From a virus (lineage: Duplodnaviria > Caudoviricetes), in the IMG/VR virus record IMGVR_UViG_3300034122_002487, positions 1 through 33,479 of that record: a stretch of DNA of 33,479 nucleotides; one strand, 5' to 3'. Of the stretch, positions 16,994 through 24,847 are shown one piece after another; the first letter of the stretch is position 1; every line of letters begins with the position of its first letter. The translations under genes and the position numbers were made by a program. The notes below the pieces were generated by a model. It was not told the origin of the DNA. It worked only from the letters and a program-made list of their open reading frames with translations, and did not search any database.

Positions 16994-17442
16994 GTCAGAG
17001 CCTTTCGTACGTATGAGAGGTTGATCGACTCGCGGTCGAAGCCCACTCGCTTGAGAAACTTGACCAGCCTTGGATCAGACCCGGGCTCGAGCTCGAGCAC
17101 GGCGACCTTGATGGCTGACCGACCTTTGACCCAGTGCGCGAGCTCTCGCATCAGTGGCAGACCAGCACCAGGGGTACGCGTGTAGTACAGGAGGACGGAG
17201 CACTGGAGTTTGTCGAACCAGAACGACGGCTGGACGCACGCAGCGACCGACGCCACGACCTTGCCGTCCTGCTCAGCAACCCACATGAAGTGGGCGGGGT
17301 TGAGGCAGGTCCTGGCGGTCTCGGCCATGGACTCGCGGTTGATCTTGACGGGCAGCGGGTCGCGAGATACCGACTCCACCGCGATGTCCACGATCGCGGG
17401 TACGTCATCCAGGCGGGCCTTGCGACAGACGATCTTGGTCAT
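16990..17442 (-). CDS. GNAT-fold acetyltransferase-like protein
   Basis: CRKARLDDVPAIVDI, WVAEQDGKVVA, GAGLPLMREL, FLKRVGF. Confidence 0.75.
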   Translation of the reverse strand: MTKIVCRKARLDDVPAIVDIAVESVSRDPLPVKINRESMAETARTCLNPAHFMWVAEQDGKVVASVAACVQPSFWFDKLQCSVLLYYTRTPGAGLPLMRELAHWVKGRSAIKVAVLELEPGSDPRLVKFLKRVGFDRESINLSYVRKALT

Positions 17443-19346
17443 CCGCCGCTCACGCTGCCGCCGTCACCACCGCTGGCCAGCGAGTAGTACCCGTTGTTGT
17501 CGAAGTACGACTGCTGCGCCATCCGCCGCGAGATGAGCCCTTGGCCCTGCCGGCCTTCGTTCTCGCCGTAGTTGTCGTAGTGGAACTGCGCGAAGTCCGC
17601 GAGCGACATGTCCGTCTGGTTGTTCAGCCAGTAGTTCAGGACGTCCGGGTTTGCTTGCAGGTACGCCCGGGTCGACCCTCCTGTCGTCGCCAACGCTTGA
17701 GTGGCCGGGTCTGCCGCAGGTGCAGGCGCCGGCGCGGGAGTGGGCGCAGGAGCGGGTGCGGGCGCAGGCGCAGGAGCGGGTGCAGGAGCGGGTGCAGCCG
17801 CAGGCGGTCTGCTCGTGCCACCGCCTGCGCCAGGGCCCGGGTTCACGACTCCAGGCGTCCCGCCCGGTGCGGCGATCGTCGGCAGCGCCGTGTTGTAGAA
17901 CGTCGAGCCCCACTGCATCGTGGCGTTTGACGTCGCGATCACGTTGTCAATCGCACCGCGCTTGGCCTCCGGCGACAGGTTCGGATCGGCCTGGATTGCG
18001 TTGATCGAGTTCAACGTGCCGGTGGCGACGTTGGCCGCGAAGCCTCGGCCGACGTTGGCGGTGTTGATCTCGTTCTGCAGGTTGATCAGGTTGCGCTGGT
18101 TGTCGCGGTCCAGCTGCGACTGCGTAGCCTGGAACTGCTGGTTCGCGGTCTGCAGCGTCTTGTTGGCCTCGATCTGCTTGTCGGCGATCTGCGTCTGTTG
18201 AGCACGATCCTGTTCGCGCTGCCCCTGCTCGAAGGTGCGGTTGGCTGCGTTCTCTCCGCGGGTGAACTCTTGCTGCTGGCTCTGCAGCGTGCGCTGCTGC
18301 GCACGATCCAATTCGTTCTGTGCTGTCTGGAAACCTTGGCGCGCTGTCTCGAGCGCCTGATTGGCGGCGATGCTCTTGTCGGCCAGGGCGACCTGCGTCG
18401 CACGCTCGAGCTCGTTCTGTGCCGACTGGAACGACTGTTGCGCTTGCTGCAACAGCTTGGCCTGCTCGCGGTCCAGATTCGCCTGAGCTGCCTGGAACTG
18501 CTGCTGGGCTTGCTGCAGGGCTTGATTGGCCGCGATGGTCTTGTCCGCCAGGGCGACCTGCTGCGCACGATCCAGGTTGGACTGCGCTGCCTGGAACGTC
18601 TGCTGCGCCGCAAGGATCTTCTCCTGCTGCGCGCGCTCGAGCGCGGACTGCTCACGGGTGAACTGCTGCTGGTTTTCCTGCAGCGCCTTCTGGTTGACCC
18701 GGTTGAGTTCGTTCTGCGCACTCTCAAAGTTGAACTGCGCAGTCTGCAGCGTCTTCTGGGCCTCGATGCTCTTGTCGGTCTCAGCCGCACGCGCTGCACG
18801 ATCCAGGGATGCCTGCGCCGCCTGGAAGTCCTGGGTCGCCTTGTTCTGTTCAGACGTGAACCTCTGAGAGCCCAGGCGCTCGCTGGTCGTGAAGCTGCGG
18901 GACTTGTCCGCCTGCTCAGCGGTGAAAGACTGTTCGCCACGCTGCAAGCCGAACTTGTTCTGCTCGGCCGCGTTGAAGATGCCGGCTTCATTGACCGCAC
19001 CCATGTTGGCCAGGGAACGCTTGTTGAACGTATCGGCGTCCTGCTGCGCGATCGGCGTGACGCGGTCGATCATCGCGGCCACCGCCGCGCCCTGCGCCAT
19101 CGAGCTGTTCACCAGCCCGCGGGCGTTCATGTCCTGCATCGCGGTCGCGCGAGCACGGCGCAGCAGCGGGCTGTCTTTGGCCAACAGTGAGTCGATCTGC
19201 CCAGCGGCCGTTTCCGTCGCGCGGTTGACTTCGCGTTGCTGCGGCGTGAACTGGGCCGCCGCGCCCGAGGTTGCGTTGGTCATGGCTCCGCCGATGATCC
19301 CGCCATTGTTGCTGCCGACATCAAACGGATTCGCTGCTGTAGCCAT
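17439..19346 (-). CDS. Gln-rich long coiled-coil internal virion/ejection protein (635 aa)
   Basis: GGAG RBS before MATAANPF; MNARGLVNSSMA motif; 11-residue repeats; Pro-Ala linker; C-terminal YLQANPDV module. Confidence 0.8.
   Translation of the reverse strand: MATAANPFDVGSNNGGIIGGAMTNATSGAAAQFTPQQREVNRATETAAGQIDSLLAKDSPLLRRARATAMQDMNARGLVNSSMAQGAAVAAMIDRVTPIAQQDADTFNKRSLANMGAVNEAGIFNAAEQNKFGLQRGEQSFTAEQADKSRSFTTSERLGSQRFTSEQNKATQDFQAAQASLDRAARAAETDKSIEAQKTLQTAQFNFESAQNELNRVNQKALQENQQQFTREQSALERAQQEKILAAQQTFQAAQSNLDRAQQVALADKTIAANQALQQAQQQFQAAQANLDREQAKLLQQAQQSFQSAQNELERATQVALADKSIAANQALETARQGFQTAQNELDRAQQRTLQSQQQEFTRGENAANRTFEQGQREQDRAQQTQIADKQIEANKTLQTANQQFQATQSQLDRDNQRNLINLQNEINTANVGRGFAANVATGTLNSINAIQADPNLSPEAKRGAIDNVIATSNATMQWGSTFYNTALPTIAAPGGTPGVVNPGPGAGGGTSRPPAAAPAPAPAPAPAPAPAPAPTPAPAPAPAADPATQALATTGGSTRAYLQANPDVLNYWLNNQTDMSLADFAQFHYDNYGENEGRQGQGLISRRMAQQSYFDNNGYYSLASGGDGGSVSGG
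17715..17805. repeat. Hexanucleotide-based repeat encoding (AP)n linker
   Basis: Degenerate GCAGGN/GCGGGT units; protein APAPAPAPAP... Confidence 0.8.
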
Positions 19347-19360
19347 GTCTGCTCCAAAAG

Positions 19361-19386
19361 AAAAAGCCGCCCAAAAGGCGGCTTTT
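19361..19386. terminator. Bidirectional intrinsic terminator
   Basis: AAAAAGCCGCC-caaaa-GGCGGCTTTT. Confidence 0.8.
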
Positions 19387-19418
19387 CGCGGGCGCACTGG
19401 CCCCACGAAGATTTTAGG

Positions 19419-19670
19419 TCAACATCTCCAAGCTCTCAACGACTTATTGATCCGGCTGTTCGGATCGTTCGCCGTTTTCTTGCTTGTAAGTTTTGCTTTC
19501 ATCCCGCGCATCCGCGCGCAAAAGCTCTTCTTGCGCGCGCCGCCCTCGGGCTGCGGCGGCTTGAGATCACTGCCAGGGTTCTCGCGCTCGTAGCTGCGGC
19601 GGCCCTTTTCGCTGAGGCCACCCTTCTCGGACTTACCCTCTGTACGGGTCCATGCTGCTGACTTGCTCAC
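19419..19670 (-). CDS. Small basic phage protein (DUF6321-like)
   Basis: AWTRTEGK...GGLSEKGR...RKKSFCARMRGMK...DPNSRINKSLRAWRC; GTG start overlapping the Rz stop, GGAG RBS. Confidence 0.75.
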   Translation of the reverse strand: MSKSAAWTRTEGKSEKGGLSEKGRRSYERENPGSDLKPPQPEGGARKKSFCARMRGMKAKLTSKKTANDPNSRINKSLRAWRC

Positions 19671-20161
19671 TGCTGTTCTCCCTTGCACACGGACGCCGCG
19701 TAGTCCTGCAACCCAGTCACTTGGTCGCGGAGTTGATCAGCTCCTTCTGCCACTGCTCTATATTCCGCTGCGCACGCTCCAAGTAGCTCTCGGGCGGTAC
19801 GGGCTTCGCGAGCGTAGGTGGCAGACTCGGGATCTTCGGGGGTTGGACGGGCATTGAGTCGGTCGATGTCGTCGCGCAGCCCACGAGCAGCATTGTCGGC
19901 AGCAGCCACGCGAGCGGCGAGCACTTGGGTCTTTTTGAATTCATTGGCGGCGATCCTCTCAACTTGAACTTGCATGGCCTGCTCTTTGGCTCGTGCCTCA
20001 GCCTCGGCCTTGCGGGTGTTTTCAGCGACCTCGGCACGGTAAGTGGCGAGCTCACGATGGGCATTGTTCATGCGAACGTAGGCCGCGCCCGCGACTAGCA
20101 CCAGGACAGCAATCGCCGCTGCGTAGATCCACCCGGGCACGACGTCAAAGATCTTGAGCAT
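19667..20161 (-). CDS. Rz: Inner-membrane spanin (Rz-like)
   Basis: N-terminal TM helix then coiled coil; directly after the endolysin; contains a nested lipoprotein gene. Confidence 0.85.
   Translation of the reverse strand: MLKIFDVVPGWIYAAAIAVLVLVAGAAYVRMNNAHRELATYRAEVAENTRKAEAEARAKEQAMQVQVERIAANEFKKTQVLAARVAAADNAARGLRDDIDRLNARPTPEDPESATYAREARTARELLGACAAEYRAVAEGADQLRDQVTGLQDYAASVCKGEQQ
19717..19944 (-). CDS. Rz1: Outer-membrane lipoprotein spanin (Rz1-like), nested in Rz
   Basis: GAGAGG RBS; MNSKRPK...LLVGC lipobox; Pro-rich mature region; different frame inside Rz. Confidence 0.8.
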   Translation of the reverse strand: MNSKRPKCSPLAWLLPTMLLVGCATTSTDSMPVQPPKIPSLPPTLAKPVPPESYLERAQRNIEQWQKELINSATK

Positions 20162-20865
20162 CAGACCTTCCCCTGGTACTTGGGCATGCGTGTGAGTAGC
20201 ACGTCATGCACGTGATGCCTGTTGATGTCGCACGCGCTGCGGTTGCCGTACAGCGGCTTGGTGGACTTTGTGCAGGTGTGTTCAACGTGTCCAAACCAGA
20301 CGTTCGGGTTGCAGCCACTCTTCATCGCACAAGCCCGGCGCTCGTTCATGACGCCGCCCATCCCGCCGTTGTAGGCCGCGTCGGTGAACGCCAGCCGCGG
20401 CATGTGCTCAGGCACCAGCTTTTCCAGTCGGTTGTAAGCCTGCCGGGTCATCAACACGATTACCCGCATCTGCAGATCCGGGCGCTGGTAGACGGTATCC
20501 CAGCGCAGCTCGTTAAGCCCCCTGGGGTCCAGACGGCGGCTGTCTTCCAGGGCGTCGAAGCGGATGCTGCCGTCCTTGTTGAAGGCCCGCGTGAGCTGGC
20601 CCAGGCCCGCGCCCTCTTCGCGATCAGACTTCAACCGAGACGTGGGCGCCCAGCACCTTGAATGCTTGAGGCTGATACAGCTTTCGTGCTCGATCAGGGC
20701 CGCGAAATAGTTCGGTGTCGAAAAGCTCGGCCAGACCTCGAGCACCTGCGCGCGCAGCGTCGGCAGGTGCTCTTGAGCTCTTGGGGGAATGTATGTCTCG
20801 ACTGGCTGCGACGTTGCAGACACCGACGCGCAGGCCAGCAGAGAAGCCAGAAGCCGCCTCAACAC
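20161..20865 (-). CDS. Lytic transglycosylase (SLT-fold) endolysin with N-terminal signal peptide
   Basis: IEHES catalytic Glu, GLGQ and AYNGG motifs; MLRRLLASLLACASVSATS leader. Confidence 0.85.
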   Translation of the reverse strand: MLRRLLASLLACASVSATSQPVETYIPPRAQEHLPTLRAQVLEVWPSFSTPNYFAALIEHESCISLKHSRCWAPTSRLKSDREEGAGLGQLTRAFNKDGSIRFDALEDSRRLDPRGLNELRWDTVYQRPDLQMRVIVLMTRQAYNRLEKLVPEHMPRLAFTDAAYNGGMGGVMNERRACAMKSGCNPNVWFGHVEHTCTKSTKPLYGNRSACDINRHHVHDVLLTRMPKYQGKV

Positions 20866-20868
20866 GGC

Positions 20869-21195
20869 TCACCTCTGCACCTGGGCGAAGAACAGCAGCA
20901 GCGCCATCAGGACGAACGCGCGCAGCAGGCAGATGCCGGTGTAGGCGATGCCAGCGCCGACGTTGCCGTCCAGGGCCTTTGTGTACAGGTCTTCGCTCGA
21001 GGCCTTGCCCAGCATCGCCTTGGCGATCAGGTAGGCCAGTCCCGTCACTAGGAAAGCCTGCCCCCAGAGCTGCACGCGCAGCAGGGTGTCAGCGCCGCCG
21101 CTCGGATCGGTGGCAACGAACCAGACGAGCACGACCAGCGGGATGAGGGCGAACTGAAACCAGCGGGCGCCGATGACCTTGATGAACTTGTCCAT
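20869..21195 (-). CDS. Putative holin (3 TM)
   Basis: 108 aa with three hydrophobic segments, immediately upstream of the endolysin. Confidence 0.65.
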   Translation of the reverse strand: MDKFIKVIGARWFQFALIPLVVLVWFVATDPSGGADTLLRVQLWGQAFLVTGLAYLIAKAMLGKASSEDLYTKALDGNVGAGIAYTGICLLRAFVLMALLLFFAQVQR

Positions 21196-21196
21196 T

Positions 21197-21670
21197 TCAG
21201 ACTCCTAGAGCGGTGAGGAACAGGACAGCACCAATGCCGCCCACGAGAATGGAGCTGTAGAACAGCGCCATGGACACGGCGAGGATCGCCGCGCTCGAGA
21301 GAACGATCCCGAGCTGCAACGCCATGCCGGCGTACGAGAACCATGAACTGCGGCCCTTGGCGACTTCTCGGTCAGCCTCTGCGGCCTTGGCAAGGGCGGC
21401 GATCTCTTCCATGTCGGCGCGCTGCGCCGCGGCCTTTGCATCCTGCCCAGCGGTCTCGAAGATCGTGGCGCGCACGTTCTTCGCCTGATACCAAGCCCAG
21501 TAGTTGTTGGCAGCGATCGTGCCGTTGAGGACCCGGCTGGAGTTGGATCCGCCGAACACGCTGTTGATAGCCAGCAGCAGCGCAAAGATCGAGATGGTGA
21601 TCGCGGCAAGGCCCTTGACGTAGGCCTCGCGCTCAGACCGCGACGCTGTCGCGGGTGGTGCCTTGAACAT
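21197..21670 (-). CDS. DUF4337-like membrane protein (157 aa)
   Basis: AITISIFALLLAI...WAWYQAKNVR...ALQLGIVLSSAAIL; TAATG overlap fixes the start at MFKAPP. Confidence 0.7.
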   Translation of the reverse strand: MFKAPPATASRSEREAYVKGLAAITISIFALLLAINSVFGGSNSSRVLNGTIAANNYWAWYQAKNVRATIFETAGQDAKAAAQRADMEEIAALAKAAEADREVAKGRSSWFSYAGMALQLGIVLSSAAILAVSMALFYSSILVGGIGAVLFLTALGV

Positions 21671-22164
21671 TACTTGCCTGCTTTCTCCCAGAGCACATAG
21701 AAAAGAGCGGCCACCGCGGTTGCCAGAAAGGCAATGCCGGCGCCGTACTTTGCGTTGAGGACGAATGCCTGCTGACGCAGCCGATGCTCGCGCTCGCGCT
21801 TCTCGCGCTCCTTCTTGAGCCGGATGCGCTCCATGATCATCTCGTTGTAAACGTTCTCGCCGTAATGGGCGATGATCAGGATCTTGAGCTCGTACTCCTG
21901 CTTGACCAGCGCCTGCTTGTGCATCGTGATCTGCAGGGCCTCTTGCTCGATCGAGCCGTCGTGCATCAGCCGCTTGAAGACAGACGGCTTCTTGTTGGCC
22001 TTCTCGGTGGCCAAGCGGTTGAAGTCGCCGAACGCGCCATACCACTTGCCCAGTTGACCGGCTACGTCCTGAATCTCGCGGCCCGTAGCCACGAGCTTCT
22101 TTACCGCGCCGAACGCGGCGTTGGCCGCCGATACCGCCGCGAGGATGCCGGTGATCGGTTCCAT
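21670..22164 (-). CDS. Coiled-coil membrane protein (164 aa)
   Basis: MEPITGILAAVSAANAAF amphipathic N-terminus, charged coiled coil, C-terminal TM; TGATG overlap. Confidence 0.7.
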   Translation of the reverse strand: MEPITGILAAVSAANAAFGAVKKLVATGREIQDVAGQLGKWYGAFGDFNRLATEKANKKPSVFKRLMHDGSIEQEALQITMHKQALVKQEYELKILIIAHYGENVYNEMIMERIRLKKEREKREREHRLRQQAFVLNAKYGAGIAFLATAVAALFYVLWEKAGK

Positions 22165-22343
22165 CAGAGCTTCAGCACCAGGGTCAGAAGCAGCGCAATG
22201 ATGAACCCGCAGCAACCAACTAGTACTTGTTCAATTCGCTTCAGGCGCGAGTTGCTGCTTCGGAATTGCAGCTCAATGTTGGCGTACCGCTGCGCACACA
22301 CGGCCTCATGCGTCTCGAGGCGGGCTTCAACTGGGCTGATCAT
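22164..22343 (-). CDS. Small coiled-coil + C-terminal TM protein (XhlA/holin-like)
   Basis: VEARLETHEAVCAQRY...RLKRIEQVL followed by a TM helix; AAGGA RBS. Confidence 0.7.
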   Translation of the reverse strand: MISPVEARLETHEAVCAQRYANIELQFRSSNSRLKRIEQVLVGCCGFIIALLLTLVLKL

Positions 22344-22370
22344 TTGCGAGTCTTCCTTCTTCCTCAAATG

Positions 22371-22397
22371 AAAAAGCCCCGCGGGCGCGGGGCTTTT
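22371..22397. terminator. Bidirectional intrinsic terminator
   Basis: AAAAAGCCCCGC-gggc-GCGGGGCTTTT. Confidence 0.85.
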
Positions 22398-22415
22398 CGT
22401 CCTAAGTCTTCAGCG

Positions 22416-22757
22416 TCAGATAGACGGACTGGCGCTTGCCGTTATTGTCGCAGTGGCGCTGACGCCGTCAATGGTGATGGTGCTTGACGCGCTGACGCCC
22501 TCGTCGATGCCGTCGATCTCAAGCTCGATAACCGCGAGCGGCTTCGCAATTTCGACCCACCGCCCCTGCGACTGACTCCAACTCCAATCGGTAGTGTCCG
22601 TTGCCGCAGGCTTAGGACGACGCACTACCCATCCCGGTGGATACCACCAGACTACTTCCAGTCCTTCTTCGACCACTGGAGGCTCTGATACTTCAATCCA
22701 ACCTTCAGTGCCGTCAGTCTCAGGTTTCGGGATCGACCCGTTCTTCGAGTAAAGCAT
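22416..22757 (-). CDS. Putative adhesin/tail-fibre assembly chaperone (113 aa)
   Basis: AGGAG RBS before MLYSKNGSIP; Trp/Pro-rich with WSWSQSQGRW motif; follows the LamG adhesin. Confidence 0.6.
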   Translation of the reverse strand: MLYSKNGSIPKPETDGTEGWIEVSEPPVVEEGLEVVWWYPPGWVVRRPKPAATDTTDWSWSQSQGRWVEIAKPLAVIELEIDGIDEGVSASSTITIDGVSATATITASASPSI

Positions 22758-22759
22758 GG

Positions 22760-24844
22760 TCAGACTCCTATGTCGGGGAACGGCGCACTGGGCGGCGTGA
22801 AGTTGGCGGTGTACCGGGCCACGCCCTTGGTGATGCGGAGGTCGTCGATGTAGCCGTTCCAAGGCCAACTTGAAGCGTTTTGAATGCCCCAGAAAGTTGT
22901 CACTGCGGTTGACCCAATGGAATTGCTGTTTGTGTAACTGCCAACACTTGTTCCGTTGATATACAAAGTAACGGTTGTTCCTGATCTAACGGCAGCAAAG
23001 TGATACCAAGTTCCTGTCGTGATACCGGCTGAATAGAACGAAGTACCGGCAGTGGTTAAGAAACGAATACTTCCGTTGTTCTGAATCTGAATAAGCCACT
23101 CGTTGCTGTTCTCCACAGACCAAGTGCCGCCCAAAACGTAGTACGCATTGGCAAGCGAGTTCAGATAGAACCAACCCTCAATCGTAAAGTTGCCAGTACC
23201 AAAGTTCTGTCCCTGGTTGTATGGCTGAACAAGATAGTCACCACTTCCATCAAACAACATCGACCCACCACCGAACTTGCTCTGTGCGGTGCTGATCTGC
23301 GCGTTGCCAACCGTTTCAAGGTTGTTCATCTCGGCGTTGTCGATGATGCCTGCGTTGGTGAAGTTCAGCAGGAGACTGGTGTTGGTGATGGCGGTGAGCG
23401 GGGCGCTCGGGGGTGTGAAGTTTCCGGTGTAAACGGCTGAACCCTTTACCGCTCTCAAATTCGATATGTAGCCGTTGAAAGCCCAGTTGTTGTCTTGCAA
23501 GTCATAGCCAACAGTGCCGTTGCCTGCTGCGTAGTTGTTAGTGTCAGTTCCTGATGCGACGCTCACACCGTTCAGATAGATCGTTGACGTTGTGCCGTTC
23601 CTGACAAACGCGACATGAGTCCAGACGTTTAGTGGTGCCGCGACAGGAGACAACAAGACCAATGCATTGTTGTTGTACCAAACAGGTTGTGAGGTTCCCG
23701 TATCAATACCCAGAAACGAACCAACAACTCCTGCGTTTGTTCGGGTGCTAAGAAAGACTTGGTACTGCGCCGTTGCGGTCAGATAAAACCAGCACTCAAC
23801 GGTCAGCGATCCAGTGCCCCACGCGAAAGCAGCGTTATTTGGCGCAGACAGCCAATCTCCGCTGCCATCAAAGTAACCGCTCCCTCCGTCGACGCTGGGC
23901 GTATATGGCTCAGTCGGTGCGAACGGGCTGAAGCGTTGGACGTTCACATTGCCGTTGCGCGTTAGGGTGAATGCGTTGGTGCTGTTGTCGATGAAGCGGT
24001 TGCTTTGGCAGGCCAGCAGCGAAGTGTTGGTGATGGCCGTCAGCGAGGAGGTGCTAGGCGTGAAGGCTGCGGTGTAGACGATGCTGTTGACGATTCGCAG
24101 GTTGCTGATGTAACCGCTTACAGGTGAAGAACCGGAACTATTTGCTGCGGCAACTGTCAATGCATTGGTTGCATTGGACCCCGACGGGGTGTTAACAGTC
24201 TTGTTTCCTGTCCCGGCTGATGCGCCATTGATGTAAAACTTTGCGTTACTAGAAGATAGAGATTGGTCGTACGTTACGGCAATGTGCACCCATTGATTCG
24301 TTGGCACAGTCCCGGTACTTACCACGTAGGCCGTCACGTTCCCCACGCCGGAGACGCCGCGAGTGATGAACAGCGAAAGTGCGCCGCCCGCCACGACAGA
24401 AAGGGCGCATCCAATCTGACCCGATCCACCACCGTTGTTTGCAAACAAATACTGCTCACTCGCAGTAGACGGGAAGTAAACCCAACACTCAAACGTAAAA
24501 AGCGCCGATGAGTTGTGCATGAAATTGAAACTACTCGTCGTTCCAATCCCGCTCAGAAAATCCCCCGACCCATCAAAGTAGTTCGACCAGTTGCTCCCAT
24601 ACGGGCTGAAAGTACCCTGCGTGGTGTTCCCGTTGCGGGTGATCGTAAAGTTGTTGGTGCTGCTGTCGAGGAACGTGTTGTTCTGCCTGCCGTTTGTCCC
24701 GTTGCCATGCAGCAGCATCGTGACGTAGTTGAACTGAAGGTCGATCGGGAGTAGCGGAGGCCAATTCGCTCCCTGCTTCGCACGCTTCTGTTTCTTCAAC
24801 GTCCAGATGCCGGACGCGCTGAGATTTGAAGGAAACTGCGGCAT
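22760..24844 (-). CDS. Adhesin with three LamG/concanavalin A-like domains
   Basis: Three repeats of FDGSGD[FWY]L...FT[FVI]ExW...W.H.A...[FL]Y.NG...GYI[SD][ND]LR...YT..FTP. Confidence 0.85.
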   Translation of the reverse strand: MPQFPSNLSASGIWTLKKQKRAKQGANWPPLLPIDLQFNYVTMLLHGNGTNGRQNNTFLDSSTNNFTITRNGNTTQGTFSPYGSNWSNYFDGSGDFLSGIGTTSSFNFMHNSSALFTFECWVYFPSTASEQYLFANNGGGSGQIGCALSVVAGGALSLFITRGVSGVGNVTAYVVSTGTVPTNQWVHIAVTYDQSLSSSNAKFYINGASAGTGNKTVNTPSGSNATNALTVAAANSSGSSPVSGYISNLRIVNSIVYTAAFTPSTSSLTAITNTSLLACQSNRFIDNSTNAFTLTRNGNVNVQRFSPFAPTEPYTPSVDGGSGYFDGSGDWLSAPNNAAFAWGTGSLTVECWFYLTATAQYQVFLSTRTNAGVVGSFLGIDTGTSQPVWYNNNALVLLSPVAAPLNVWTHVAFVRNGTTSTIYLNGVSVASGTDTNNYAAGNGTVGYDLQDNNWAFNGYISNLRAVKGSAVYTGNFTPPSAPLTAITNTSLLLNFTNAGIIDNAEMNNLETVGNAQISTAQSKFGGGSMLFDGSGDYLVQPYNQGQNFGTGNFTIEGWFYLNSLANAYYVLGGTWSVENSNEWLIQIQNNGSIRFLTTAGTSFYSAGITTGTWYHFAAVRSGTTVTLYINGTSVGSYTNSNSIGSTAVTTFWGIQNASSWPWNGYIDDLRITKGVARYTANFTPPSAPFPDIGV

Positions 24845-24847
24845 GCC

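Noticed and set aside
21671-22045. N-terminal extension of the 282-aa ORF
   Set aside because: It overlaps the real 21670-22164 gene in another frame; the membrane protein starts at 21670.
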